DNA of 49,718 nt, filler included, from Ionaspis alba (Eukaryota), in assembly GCA_964255285.1 (NCBI GenBank). It is 2 parts of 2 records of this genome, joined end to end, with 100 filler letters (N's around TTAATTAATTAA, not from the genome) between each part and the next. Parts side by side here need not be neighbours in the genome. Positions count along the whole stretch, not along the records: positions 1 to 24,813 come from CAXUUL010000166.1; 1 more part is not named here. One strand, written 5' to 3'. A model generated the notes under the pieces. The model was not told where the DNA came from. It saw nothing but the letters and a program-made list of their open reading frames with translations, and did no database searches. This document shows positions 1 to 13,682 of this stretch, piece after piece; within the stretch, counting starts at the first letter, position 1, and every line of letters begins with the position of its first letter. Both the position numbers and the translations under genes were made by a program.

Positions 1-3000
1 TTCCCAACCACCCCACAGCCTCATCCACCACATCCCTCCCCTCCTGCACGTCCAAAACCTCCCTCACCAGCATCTCAAACCTCCCCTCCCTCTCTTCCAC
101 CGTCTCAAAATCCCACCTCCTCCTTCTAGGATCGATATCCCTCCCCAACATCTCCCGCATCAGCCTCCCACAATCCCCACACTCATCCGCCACCAACCTC
201 CCCAACAAATCCCCATCAACCTGCATATCAGCCGGTGTGTCCATCGCAGGCTCCAAATGTCGCTCCACTGTCCTACTTGGGTGCGGGCAAAGCCTTGGTT
301 CTCGCTCAGCCATGTTGTGGATGAAGCGGAGGAGACGCCATTCGCGTTCGTGGAGGAGAGCAAGGTGGTAAAAAGAGCCGTCTGTGCTGCTGCCGATGAA
401 GGAGGGGAGACTGGAAGGGAGAGGGACGTGCCATGGAGGAGGTATGGGGCTGGGGCGTATGCGGGTGATAGAGCCGGGGAGGTGGGCTTCGAAGAGGGTG
501 GTTGTTGTAGGAGTGGGATTGGTGGGATAGTAGTGGTGGCCGGAAACAGTGTTGCTTGTGGAGCTGGCGAGGATCAGGGAGTGTTCGGGGAGGAAGGCGT
601 GGTGCAGGCTTTCGCGCATTTGGGTATCGTTGGCGATGGTGTGGATGGTGTTTGTGGGGACGTCGAAGCGTAAGATGCAGAGGGAGTCACTGGCTGTGCT
701 GACGTGAATGTAGGGTTCGTTTACTGTAACGTGTCTGCCGCTTGAGCGTAGGGGATGCGTAACTGCCGGGTCCCATCGTGGGATGCCATCCTCGCCGGTT
801 GTAAGCGTTTTGATGACGAGCTGACGGCCGGAGCAGAGAACGAGAGAGCTTGGTCCGTAAGGCGCCATTGCAAGGATGGGATTGTCGAGTTTAATTCGCA
901 TTTTCTGATCCACTGTGACTTGGCCTGCTTCGTTTCGGTTCGTCTTGAAGAGAAGCACTTGCCCACAATCTGTTTTGGGAGGTTTCTGGGCCCGCCAAGT
1001 ATTCACAGCTAGTAAAGCGAAGGATTTCCCTTGCACGATCGGGGTCCACTCCATCATTCCGACTATCTTCTCCATAGACTTGCCGATGATGTGACCGGTA
1101 AAAACGGGTAGTACTTTTGGAACCTCTTCATTCGTGACCTCGTCGGATTCTTCGGCCTCGACAAAAGGCACGGCGCTACTATCATCTGGGTGCAAGAATT
1201 CGAGGGCTGGGAACTGGAATCGTTGACTTGTACCTTGAACATGTCCATTGGTTCGCCTATGTTCCTTGGTGGTGGTATGTGTCAGTCCAACAACCAGTCT
1301 ATTCAGCTGCTTCGAGTAGACCAGTCGATTTGGAGTTCCTCCCACAGCCATTCGCCGAGTCACAGGACGCAATTCGACCATCGAACCCAGCACCAGCCCG
1401 ATTATGCGGGAGCCCTCGACACAAAAAAGTACCTTGGCAAGTTCCTCGAGCCTGTGATCCGATTCTAGTAACTCAAGTTCTGTCATTGCCATTATAGCTA
1501 ACTGATAGTACCCTGGTTTTTCGTCATCTACGATCCAAATGTTGTGCACTGTTGCGTAGCGAGTCTCGCGTTGAGTTGGAAGGTAGCCGACACGGCAAAA
1601 TGTATTGTTGCTGGTCACGATAGCTCTGGTACACAGAGAACCGGGATTTGAACGAGAAGAGACATCCGGCACGACAGCGACAGTAGTAGCGCCTATATGT
1701 AAAGTTTCGCAATGCTCAAGAACCCCTCCGCCTGCCCATATTTTAGTATATAGAAAGGTGGAGAACAGCTATTGGATTAGATGACTTACCCTCGTTAGGC
1801 TCTGGATCAAAGCGTAATATCTGCAAAGCACCGTTGCGCAGTCCGCAGAAAACCAACAGTTGACCTGGTGCCTCTGCGTTTGGTGGCTTTGAGAGTACTA
1901 TAATGCTTTCACAAATCCCCATTTCACCCCCAAATAGGTACTCGAACCTGGGAGCGAATGTCAAGTCTTTGTTGACCTCGAATACGTAGAGTTTTTGATC
2001 AGGGGTGCCAGCAAATGCAAACAAGTGACCATCAATGAGTTGCAGGAACAGACTTGATGGCTCAATTGGGATTAGGAGAGGATTGCCACCCTTCAGATGC
2101 ACCTGGGGTGGATCGGTATCTTGAGCGAGTGTGAGCAGTCCTGCACGAAGCTTCGTACCGTCACCGTCACGGTCTGCGATCAAAAACACAGAGGAGCGGC
2201 CATCAATGCAAGCTCTTGTGATTCGTCTATTCTCCATTATGGGCTCGAAGATCGCTCCAGCCCGTGGAATCCTAGCTCTTATAGAGTCTTCGCAGATTTG
2301 TATGGCAACTCCTTCAATTGTCGTTGACGCCGCCAAGGTCATTGCATCTGTATTGATTCCGGAATCTGTATCTCTCGTTTCGTCAACCTCGAAATCGTAA
2401 TCAAAGAATTCTGATCGCTGGTTGGAATAAGTAAGCAGTATCTGTACGCCAGAATTGGACAGGTTGGGCAGTATCCACATTGCCCTGACAGTTGGGTCAG
2501 CGTCAAACTCGAGGGACAAACGAGCTTCCGTGCCCACACGTATTTCGCAGATTGCTCCTTGCTTCTGTCCTCGTCCGACGCAAGCGAAGACACGCTCGCT
2601 ACCTCTTGGACCAGACAATGTAGTCGCTAATCGGGACGAGCCCTCGGATGCGGTGTCGGGGAATGTATGTGCAGTCGTGAAATCGAGCACTGGTGCCCAA
2701 TTCGGTAACGGCTGTTCCAGTCTGCCGTTGCGACGCGCCTTGAAGATGAAAACACCTCCCTCGCTCATGTCTCCAGCCGCCACCAAAGCATCAGCACTAT
2801 CTCGTTCAATGCCATCGTCAAATCCGATGCCATTATCGAGGGCCGCGAAAGCGGTGTCAACGTTGATGTGGAGCTTTCCCACTGAACTTACACCGTGTTC
2901 CCGCAGTTTTTCATAGCTGAATTCCAGAAGTCGGACCAATCCGTCTTCGCGACAGAGGAAAAGACTCTCTTTGCCTGTGGAGTATTCTTCTCTCCGAGTC

Positions 3001-4267
3001 AGCCTTGTCCACGCCGTCCAAAGTGGCCAGTTCTTTGAACTTCCTGGTTCATCTGGAAGATCCATTTTCGATCTCCGTGTCTCGTCATAATCTGTAGGAT
3101 CTGCGAGGATATTGTGGTAGACGGTCATCGCCTGCTCAGAGATTAAGATGAACCCTGTTGAAATACTGAAAGGAATCAATAGCAGAGGAGTCTGCCCTTC
3201 CTTGGTGGTTGGATGACCTTGTCCTGTAGATTGAAGCGTTCTTAAGTCTTTGGAGGAGTCCCACTCATAATGGAGGAACTGGGTTATTCCTTGCATACTG
3301 ACGACGAAGAGCAGGATGACCAAATCCTCATCGTCAGAAGGAGCTCGGAGGAAGTCCATCTTCAGAATGGTACCGTCAATGTGGAAGTTTCTTGCCTGCA
3401 TATCCTGGTCAGATGTTGTCAATGGTACGAAAATGCTTTAGCACTTTCCCAGCAATCGGGAGGCTTACTTCTTTGACTGGGCTGAATCGCTCATGTACAA
3501 GCATACCATCGTACTCCACCTCCCCTCGTATTCGTTCCATGGACTTCAGCGCATATAGAACAACCTCACCGGATTGAGAGGCTATAGCCAGAGCTCGAGA
3601 TCTGTGAGTCAACGTTAATTTTCATCGTAACAAGGAATCAAAGAACTTACTTTGGATCGACAGCCAAGTGAGAGCCTAGGTGTTTGTAACAGGACTTTTC
3701 TCTAGATGCCGATTGTGGCGAAGGGAGTTCTTGTCGATGGCAGAGAAATTGTGTTTGTGTCGACCGATCCTGGGTCGCGAAGAGGAATATGAGGGTATCT
3801 TTATTGTCTGATTGCAGTACCATCACAAGGATCTGTGGTGGGACCTCAAGCGGTTGCACCTCGTCTGTTTCCATCGGCTCTGGGCTATCTTCTTCTCCTG
3901 CTTGTTTGATGATAGCATCGATACCAGTAGGAATGGCTCTCGGTACTGCTTTCCGTGGCATCCCAATAACTTTGGCCGTACGAATCGTACCACCGAAGTC
4001 GCCTTTCCAAGTCACATCTTGCAGACGATCCTCGTCTACTATGAACTCCTTGATTTCAATGGAATTGTCCCGTATGAAGACGACATCGTTCTTGTCCTTG
4101 TGTCGTATCCGAGCCGGAAGGATTAGTCTGATAACGGAGCTCGGCACCAGAGTCCGAGTCAGTATGCCTGTTCTTGGCGGCATTGCTGAAGCTACAGATG
4201 AGTCCCATGAGCGTCTATTTGACCCCTGGGAGGGATGTTGGTGAGTAGAGGTACCTGAGAAGTCCAT
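1..4267 (-). CDS. MMS1_N / CPSF-A-type beta-propeller protein resembling fungal 'thermotolerance protein' ThtA; 3' end runs off the window
   Basis: Joins ORFs 3647..4333, 3409..3612 and 1743..3422 through GTAAG donors at 3650, 3468 and 1789. The last exon (1731 to the window edge) reads open: ...GGTPNRLVYSKQLNRLVVG...YIHVSTASDSLCILRF...GSSTDGSFYHLALL...WRLLRFIHNM...MQVDGDLLGRL. N-terminal GILTRTLVPSSVIRLILPARIRH and HLAVDPKSRALAIA motifs fit the family. The start ATG (MDFSG, 4267) is uncertain. Confidence 0.75.
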
Positions 4268-5680
4268 ATCTTGTTGGCGTTCGATGCAGATGTGTCTTCG
4301 GCTTTTGTGCAGACGATCAGCTTGTCTCAGCAAGACTGGTAATCAGGAACAGAGACACGATGAGTCCCAATTGTACTAGCGAGCAACAGCCTTGAAGTTT
4401 GTATCAATCTACCTCACGGTTCTCCGCCACAGCGGTTAAGGGACGTATATGAATCAAGTAATAGATCAAATATTGTGGTCCACTACAGAAGTAAGATGAA
4501 GCTTGGTGGAATTTTATATCTGCTCGACTTCAGGAAATGAGGAAAATGGAGGCTGTCAAGATGCAGATGGTGATACAGTGGAGGCACATTAAGCATTTCG
4601 AAACCCTTAGACGAAGTGCGTCTGGCTTGACAAGTGATTGATGAGGGTAGTATAATAGAGTTAGAGGCAAAAGGTTAAGGCTGCAGTCAAAGCAGCCTTG
4701 ATCCTCCGAATCCTTTTTCAGTATCAATGCTTGTGTTGTCGACATTATCGTACCTTCACCAGAATTTGCTTTTGACTCCGATTGGCCAAGAGTCAGGGGC
4801 TTGGAATTGTAGATATGAGATGCCCAGCGTGGAGTTCCTATCGAGCATCCAGGGGGGATGTTATTCTCCAATCAGCTGTTTCCAAGCTTTTGGTGAGGGC
4901 AGGATTGGCGAGATCCAGGTCGAATGAGAGAGCACAATTAGCCTATTGTGTGTAGATATTCCCGTCCTTGAGGCGGCTATCGAGTCAGCATGACGAGGAA
5001 TCTGCAGCCCGCCTAGGTACTGAGCAAGGTGGTCTGGAGGCCGGGCCAGATGGGCGCTATGGGATAGGCCTGAAAGTGGGAACAGGTATGAAGTTGATTC
5101 ACATAAGGTTTTCAAGTGCGTCAACCAAGCGGTCAGCAAGGCCCTAATGACGCTGTTGGCTGGAGAGTCACGGAGCATTGTTTTTCTGTGAGCCAAAACG
5201 GTCTGCAAAATCAATGTAGTTCGGTCACCTCAAGGTGGGTGCATGCTAGAGCAAAACGTGCTTTCTAAGCCAGTGGCTATCTTTGAGATCACGATGCATG
5301 TCCCGGTCCACGCACGCGGAGCCATGGTGATGGGCTTGGGAATCCCTGACGATCGCAGGGATCAAAGCTTGAATGGGTGCGAACGATCAGGGCTCTGGGT
5401 CCGGTAGAGCTGCGTGGCCTCACGAGTATAGCGAGGATGGTGAGCGGTGGATTCCCTGGTTTTAGGGGCGCACGGGAAATATGGCTGAGTAGCGAAGCGG
5501 GTAAAGGGATGCCCGTCAACGATAGTGCTATACTCGTAAAAGCTGCTGCATATGCACGAAGCAAGGTAACCGACTCGGCCTTTCGCGACTCCAAGTTCTC
5601 TCCACTCACTTCCATCCTCCCCACTCCTCTCCCATCTCCGCATTCTTGCCAGACTCGAAACTCCTGCGAATTCCTCATGG

Positions 5681-7076
5681 ATGATGGAACCTGGTGGGCG
5701 GGCTGAGCATGCCGCATTAGTTCACCCTCCACCACCACTACCGCCGCCACGAGGTCTTGAGCAGCCGTCTCAGCGTCACGTATCGCAACCAGATTCGCCA
5801 CCGGTCGAGCACCTCATTGAGGCTTGCAGACAGGCTCGGGATACCTTAGGAGTTGCTGCTCTTGCCTCATCACGCGGGGGATTCTTGGATGACAAAGTTC
5901 GCCGGATTGCATGTATGTTTTCAGTATCCGTGTGGGTGGGTGGGGCCCATGGGAAACAATCACGAGGTTATCAGGCTGACGTTCATGCAAAAGGGCCCAT
6001 TCTCCTGGGTTGTAATGGGTCGGCCACAGCACATGGCACACAGGCTTCGAATTGGCGGCAACTCCCACCGCACAAGGACGAGGACCAAGTGCGGCTAGAT
6101 GTTAACAGGTCGTTCATCTACTATCCCAAAAGTAGGTCACAGACGACCACCACCTTTTGTGTGGAGAAGACTAATGGGGAAAGCAGATGAGTCGGAAAGG
6201 CAGCTCGATAGACGGAAAGAGGAGCTGTCAGAACTCATCCTGGCCGTGCTACGATGCCACCCAATGTTATGCTATTTTCAGGGGTTTCACGATATCGTAC
6301 AGGTCGTACTACTGGTAATGGGTAAGGAGCTAGCCTTTGACATCGTGACCCATCTTTCGCTCCTCCGAATCCGAGACTTCATGCTGCCGTCATTATCGCC
6401 GTCTCTGGCTCATCTGAGACTTTTACCCGCTATCGTATATTTGGTGGATGCCAAGCTTTGCGAGCATCTCTCGCAGACGCAACCATTTTTTGCGCTTGCA
6501 GCGACGCTCACGTTGTACGCGCATGAGATCCAGGATTATAGCGACATAGCACGGCTTTTTGACTTTTTGCTCGCGCATGAGGCCGTGGTATCAGTATATC
6601 TTTTTGCAGTTATTATACTTTTGAGAAAGGATGAACTGCTCGAGATCCCTGCCGACGAGCCGGAGATGCTGCATTTTACACTATCAAAATTGCCTCAACC
6701 ACTGGATATCGAAGACATAGTTCAGCAAACTTTGACACTGTTCCAGCAGCATCCACCAGAACAATTACCATTTGGCGCTTGGAGGAAAGTCTCCTCCTAT
6801 AGTGTACTCAAAACTACGAGAGGTCAACTTGGGTCACAAGCGCTGGCTGAAGGAGAGGTGTTTTTTGCGAAACAGGCGCAACAACTTCGGAGGATAGAGT
6901 TTCAGGAACGCGTAAAATCTACTTTGTGGAAGCATAGACGGCCAGCGGGTAGTATCGGCCTAGCCATACTTGTAGGCCTGGTCTCCTTCTGGATGCAGAG
7001 AAGCGGGACAGGTGGATTCATTCCACTGGGTCTGAGGAAGATCTGGCAATTCTTTCGAGTCATCGGTATCCAATAA
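5681..7076 (+). CDS. GYP8: TBC-domain Rab GTPase-activating protein (Gyp8/TBC1D20-like) with C-terminal membrane anchor
   Basis: Motifs RRIAW/PILLG, QVRLDVNRSF (Arg finger) and YFQGFHDI (Gln finger), plus a hydrophobic tail. Introns at about 5913-5992 and 6132-6187. An upstream micro-exon from ATG 5552 would splice in frame, so the true start is uncertain. Confidence 0.85.
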
Positions 7077-7434
7077 CCTACAATCCCTAAGAGTTAGCCA
7101 ATATATCGTGCACGTTCCCGTTGTGGCCCGGCAAGTCCCAGATCCTGCAGGTAATCAGCTGGTGCAGTCCATCGGAAGTGATTGCGAGCAAGCATGTACT
7201 AAAACTGTGTGTGCTGCGTGAGAGATATGCGTGAGATACGAGCAGTCAGTATTTCGTGCGTAAAACCTGCCGGCGCTGTCATTTCCCAAACCATCTCTTG
7301 AACCATGGGACACTTTCAGCCCTGGATCCCGACTGTTCCAATAGCTCGGTAAAGTAGCCGAGCCTTACCAACCTCAATCGGGACACATATCACAACCTCA
7401 ACATCAAGGGTGAGAGCCACATTGCGATACCATC

Positions 7435-8538
7435 ATGGCAAACCGAGGCTATGACGTGGTCGTCGACGTTGATACAGAAGTAGGGCACCCACAATTCTCT
7501 GAGACAGAACACTAAGCAAAAGCATCGAGAAGGGCGATCTAGGCCACACCGATCTTCAAGAAGACCTCGAATTTCACTCCTCCAGTAAGCCTACTTCAAC
7601 GCCCATTTTTCTCACGTCCACCTGGATGCCCCTTGCTCCGAAGCCCCGCAGCTCTTCTCCAATTCTCCCAAACAGCCCAAGCTAACCCTATTCCAACGCA
7701 GACTTCGACGACAACCCATCCACGAAAGTCCCCCCCGACACCACCAACCCCTTCGCACCCCAATCCTCCACCTCCACCTCCTCGAAACGCTACCTCTGGT
7801 CCCTCCCGTTCTACGCCCAATTCTTCGACGTCGACACCTCCGAAGTCCTTCGCCGCTGCCGCACAGCACTGTATCCGCGCTCCAACTTCCTCGACATCCT
7901 AGACGGCAACCCGGATCTCTACGGGCCCTTCTGGATCGCCACCACCGTCGTCTTCATCCTCTTTCTCACGGGGACGATCTCGCAGTTTCTGGGGGCGCGG
8001 GACCCGGATGATAAGACTTTTGGGTATGATTTTACGCTACTGAGTGCGGCTAGTGGATTGGTTTATGGATACACGTTTGTGATTCCGGTTGCCTTGTGGG
8101 GCGTGCTGAGGTGGTTTGGGAGTGAGGGCGCGAATGTGTTGGAGTTGTGGGCGTTGTATGGGTATGCGAATTTGATTTGGATTCCGGTGGCATTGATCAG
8201 CTGGTCGCCCATTTCGGCTTTGAATTTTGTGTTCGTCGCGCTGGGGTTTGCGGCGAGTGCGTTTTTTATTGTGAGAAATTTGTGGCCGGTTGTGAGGGCT
8301 ACGGATCAGAAGGTTAGTCGGGTGTTGTTGATTGTGGTCGTGGTGTTGCATGCTGGGTTGGCCATTGCGATTAAGTATCTGTTCTTCACGTGAGTATTGT
8401 CCTAGTAGCAAGTTAATAGGATGGGTGTGCTAATGTTGTTTTAGGCATGGGACTTTTGTCGCAAAGCACGGAGATGGGAAGAGTGACGGTGGTAAGACAG
8501 ATGGCGGGAAAGCTGGGGAGGTGGTGTTCAGATTTTGA
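7435..8538 (+). CDS. Yip1-domain membrane protein (YIPF1/2, Yip5-like)
   Basis: Spliced translation MANRGYDVVVDVDTE|GDLGHTDLQEDLEFHSS|NFDD...FYAQFFDVDT...NPDLYGPFWIATT followed by transmembrane segments. Three GT-AG introns; TGA at 8536-8538. Confidence 0.88.
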
Positions 8539-9006
8539 GACCAACTTTGTCTATTCCGACATTGCCTCTGGGGTTCCATGAGATATTTTCAAGCGTTCGC
8601 GACTCATTAGGCTCAATAAGATACCCATAAAGTTTATGAGCTGCAACTCTTCACTCGCATCCGCAGATATTAGATACCAATGTCAGTATTACCGAGTCCG
8701 ACGCTTTATCTTAGTCAGCTGTAGAACTGGTCATATCGTGGACAGCGTTAATCTGTTGACGAATAGTCCCAGTGCACAAGAGACGATCATTTATAGCTTC
8801 CGTGCACTTTAACGTGTTGCCCATGCGTCGAAGCATCATGGGACAGAACCGAAGATCCACATATCACCAGTCGTAATAAGAAGTGGTAGTAAGGAGCACA
8901 GCCATAGCATTAATCAAGTCTATGCTACCGCAAACTCTCACGATCACTCTTCCCCTGCTTCCCTTCCCTTCTCCTTCTTCATTCCACCCCATATCCAGTA
9001 TATCCT

Positions 9007-9675
<669 letters not shown>

Positions 9676-9716
9676 AGTTGTAGTCTTCTCGATCGCAGAA
9701 ATTCGCCGTAATTCAA

Positions 9717-9794
9717 TGTGACTGATGGTAGAATTTGGTGAGCTCTGATTGCGTGGGGTCGCTAGTGTGCGGCTCTGTGAGTTACCCTAGCCCT
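9717..9794 (-). promoter_or_regulatory. Candidate ribosomal-protein promoter elements: Homol-D box and Homol-E-like motif
   Basis: Exact TGTGACTG (reverse complement CAGTCACA) at 9717-9724 and ACCCTAGCCCT at 9784-9794 (Homol-E is ACCCTACCCT), directly upstream of RPL40. The 8-mer also occurs at 11033 and about 47727, so chance cannot be excluded. Confidence 0.45.
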
Positions 9795-10178
9795 TAGCGA
9801 GGATATACCGACACGTCCCTCAGTCCTTCGTGCAGATGTTTGTCTGTGAGCGGAAGTCTTCTAACGACGCTAACAAGCCAGGCCCTTCAGCGGGTCTCCT
9901 CGAACTGCTTGCTCGCGTCTTCTATGAACCCTCGGACCACTCCATGCTGGATAATTAGCTTACTTCTCTCGGATGGACTTTCTTGTTTTGGAATAGAAGA
10001 CACGCATGAATTTTGCCGAATTTTCAGCGATAAGAGTTGAAGTACTGCCGCTTTCCATGACTCATTGAGCAAGCAAGTATATAAGCCTTGAAGATCTTTG
10101 AATGGTTTCCGGGACGCCTAAATAATCTACTAAAAGTACTTGGCTGTCACAATTCATTTGGAAACTTCATCTACAATC

Positions 10179-11031
10179 ATGGAATATCCTCAAACCTCCA
10201 ATAACAAATTCAATCGGCACAAGGAACGAGGTCTGCATATGGACCAATCCGAGCATCTTTCCACAGGATACTGACAATTCGCACCGACCAGGAACGTACG
10301 ATGCAGACACCATCCACTCAATCGTAAACACCACTCCGGTCCTCCATGTCTCCTTCATTCCCGACCCTTCTGACCCAACGCCCATCATTCTTCCTATGAT
10401 CGGGCAAATGGGTCTCTATCCCGCCGATTCTGATAATGGCTCGGACGACTGGAAATGCTATCTCCACGGCTACGTCTCCTCCAGGCTCATGAAAACCGCC
10501 TCTAGCCCATCCGGCTTGCCCATCTGTATCGCCGCCACAAAGGTGGACGGCTATGTTCTCTCGCTAACGCCGTTCTCACACAGCTGCAATTACCGCTCTG
10601 CTGTTCTGCAAGGCACGGCGACAGTCGTAGAAGACACCGACGAGAAAGTCTGGGCACTAAAGCTTATCACTGATGGAGTAGTTCCAGGACGGTGGGAGGA
10701 CGCCCGTACACCGCCAGATGGGGCCGAATTGCAGTCGACACGTGTACTGAAAGTGGAGATTACGAGTGCTGGTGCGAAAATCAGGGAAGGAGGACCGAAG
10801 GATGAGAGGAAGGACCTCAAGAGGGAGGAAGTAGTCGATAGGATCTGGACTGGAGTTGTGCCAGTTTATGAGAGTTTTGGAGAGCCGGCTCCGAGCTCGT
10901 ACAATCGAGTGCAGGAGGTGCCGCAGTATTTGAGGGAGTTCGTCAATGGGAAGAATGAGGATAATCAAAGGTATGCAACGGAAGTGGCTGCGAAAGAGCT
11001 GCCCGGAAGGAAGAAGAAGCAGGAGGAATGA
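10179..11031 (+). CDS. Flavin-nucleotide-binding protein, pyridoxamine 5'-phosphate oxidase-like (Pyridox_ox_2 family)
   Basis: MEYPQTSNNKFNRHKER|GTYD...YLHGYVSSRLM...VDGYVLSLTPFSHSCNYRSAVLQG...WTGVVP; one intron at about 10231-10291. Confidence 0.85.
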
Positions 11032-11179
11032 TTGTGACTGTAGACCAGAGCTGGCGGATTTGGCTAGGATGATGCAAGAGTATCTTGTAGCTATTGGATT
11101 CCATCTACAATACAGAGTTCTGCGTAGATAATCTCTAATCTCTAAGCTTTCATCACAAAACCGTCCAAGGGGTAAAGAA

Positions 11180-13168
11180 TTATGTTGTTAGATGACCATC
11201 CTCTATATCACGCGTAGAAACATCCATTTCTTCATCCTCATCGTCCTCCATTGCCATCACATGCTCGTTCCTGTCGGCTTGTCCTAGCTCCAAACCTATC
11301 AGCTCTTCACCATATTGCCTCCTCAATTCTTGCTCCCTTCCCCTCCTCAATCTCATTTCTATGCCACAAATACCCCTCAATAAAGTTTTGACTTGCATCC
11401 CAGCGAGATCGGCCACAGCCTCATGAAACACTTTCGCATGTCCAGTCAGATCTTCGACTCGACGGTAGTACGTATATTCCGCTCCCAGGCGTCGAACAGG
11501 TTCCGTCTGCTTGCCCTCCTCATCCGAAACGATGTTTCTTACTTTGAGACTACCCAGCATCGTCTTCAATTTCGAAGTCATGGCTTCGCGTTCTGCATTT
11601 TGTCTTTCCTCTGGAATTGGTTTCGGAGCCGGCACCGATCCATCCTGTCGACCGGTAGGGAACATGTCCAGCAGCTCCTGCGGCAAAGAGCGGGCTGTTG
11701 GTTCCTTCCCATCTTTCGGGACCCACATCTTCTCGTACCAGTCCATATATGCATCGGCCTGCTCGTTCGACATTCCCATGACATCATGCTCTGTTAGGCT
11801 CATTTCAGAGCCAGGCGCGAATGGCTGATCCCCTCTTATTGCCTCGTCGTGATGTCTGTGTGCCCTGGTCCAGACCTCCCAGTCAATTGTTAGGTAGCCG
11901 GTGTCTGTGGTTGATCTCACATTTCGCTCTAAGGCGTCGAAAGGGTGGTAGAGCTTCACTGCAATGATGAGGAGTGCTATGAGTTGGAGTTCGGGGAGCG
12001 AGGTCGGCTTCTGGCGGAACCTTGGGGCAGGAAAGGAGAAATCGATGGAGAGGATAGAGGCGAGGGTTTGTGCGGAGGTGTAGAGATCCACTAGAAGCTG
12101 AAATATGAGCTGATGTAGTGAAGGACGTGACGAGATAATCTCACGCACATGGCAGAGCCAGATCCTGAATATATCTGAAAAGAAGAGGGGGATAATTCAG
12201 AGAGGAAACCTCGAGCTTGAAGTTTTGGTGGTAGAGAGCGGATATCTGGTAAATCCCGTTGATAAAATCATCAGGCTCGAGTGGAGACTGCAGATTCTGT
12301 GAGTGGGTGCATGGAGGAGCCAATTTGACAGACAAACCTGTGAGTCAACTATGGTTTGAAAATGGGCTGGCAGTCTTGACCTCATGGTCCATGGAATGTG
12401 ACGAATGGCCCGAATGAAAGGCAGGTCTTCGTTGAGAGCCCACCTATACGAACATGAACTGCTATTCCAGAGAACGAAGCTATAAGCATACCTATGGATA
12501 TCGCCCATACTGATGGGTAGTCTGAGCAGCATCATGCCCAAGTAACAAAGCCCTAATGTGTCAATCAGACCTGGCAAATCCTTCTCTTTCCTGCCCCTAT
12601 CTCTCCTTTCATGGGCACCATCACTCTCTGTCTCCGTTGTCTCATTCTGTGAACTGTAGAGTTTTGATTCAGTCTCCGTGTCTGAGACGTCTCCATGTTT
12701 CTCTTTCAATATCTGAAGACGAAGTGTCCATAAGTCGCGGACGACAATTTCTAGCTCTGCAGGAAATCCTTTCTCATGGACCAAGGCATGACATTGCTTC
12801 CACAAAATCAACTGGTAGCACTGCAGGAACAACTCAAATGCTTGACGGCCAGTATAGACTATGGAACATTAGGAACCAAGCTCACTGGCACACTGAGCAT
12901 TCTTACCTCTATTGACCCTTTCTTTCTTATCTCGCTTGGTCCGTGTAGTCTGACCCTGGCTTCCAAAGGCATCTTCGTCGAATTGTGTTTGTACGACCCC
13001 CTGTTGGAGTCAACATAGCACGAACTTATGGTGTCAAGGACCTTAGAATCAAACCTGTCTCTGATGACCATTTCTACAATAGGTAAGCCCGTCTAAGATA
13101 CGGTAAAAGGCGGATTTGCAATTTTCGACCCCGCATCGTGGACCTTTATGCCATTCGACGCCGGACAT
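11180..13168 (-). CDS. RRN7: RNA polymerase I transcription initiation factor Rrn7/TAF1B
   Basis: Exon 1 (13168-13055) encodes a Zn ribbon CGVENC...YCRNGHQ. Later exons carry LFLQCYQLILWKQ, ELEIVVRDLW, LCYLGMMLLRLP and LPELQLIALLIIAVKL. Several short GT-AG introns. Confidence 0.88.
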
Positions 13169-13682
13169 GATAAATACAGATCATTGCCCTGGGTTGCATG
13201 TAGAGCATAGGTCGTTTCATATTTGGCTTGTGAGAGTTTGCCACGATAGGATGGGCGTGGATTGACACTGATTACAGGTTTCGATGATAGTTTCTTGTTT
13301 GAAAGGTTTCACGCTTTGGAAGGATGTCATCTTCCGGTCGCTATTACGAGATTACGTTCAATTTGTAACAAAAGCTTTGAACAAAGTCTTGGATATTTGG
13401 TCTACCTGGGTAGAGATTCGCAAATTACGCGACACATATCTCTCTATGACTTGTCGACATTCCGGGTCCAGCCAACCAAATTGATACACCGGGGAAGTCC
13501 GAAAAATGGAACACTAGAAGATTCCCTCAAAGCCGCAAACAATGCCCATTCCGTTGCGTTTGTCGCAAGAGTGTTCGTTCCCACGCTTAACTTGCACAGC
13601 AAATCGAGATCCTAACGAAGCCCCACAGATTTTGTGCTCTTCGTCAGATCTAAATGCCGTTGAAGGGAGACTCTGAGATTGC

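Noticed and set aside
1466..1511. Apparent intron (GTAC...TAG) in the last exon of the ThtA-like gene
   Set aside because: The frame reads straight through (KPGYYQLAIMAMTELELLESD), and splicing would break the conserved downstream frame.
4400..5500. Possible gene or ncRNA between the ThtA-like gene and GYP8
   Set aside because: Only short ORFs without recognisable motifs or a coherent splice structure; no tRNA or snoRNA signature seen.
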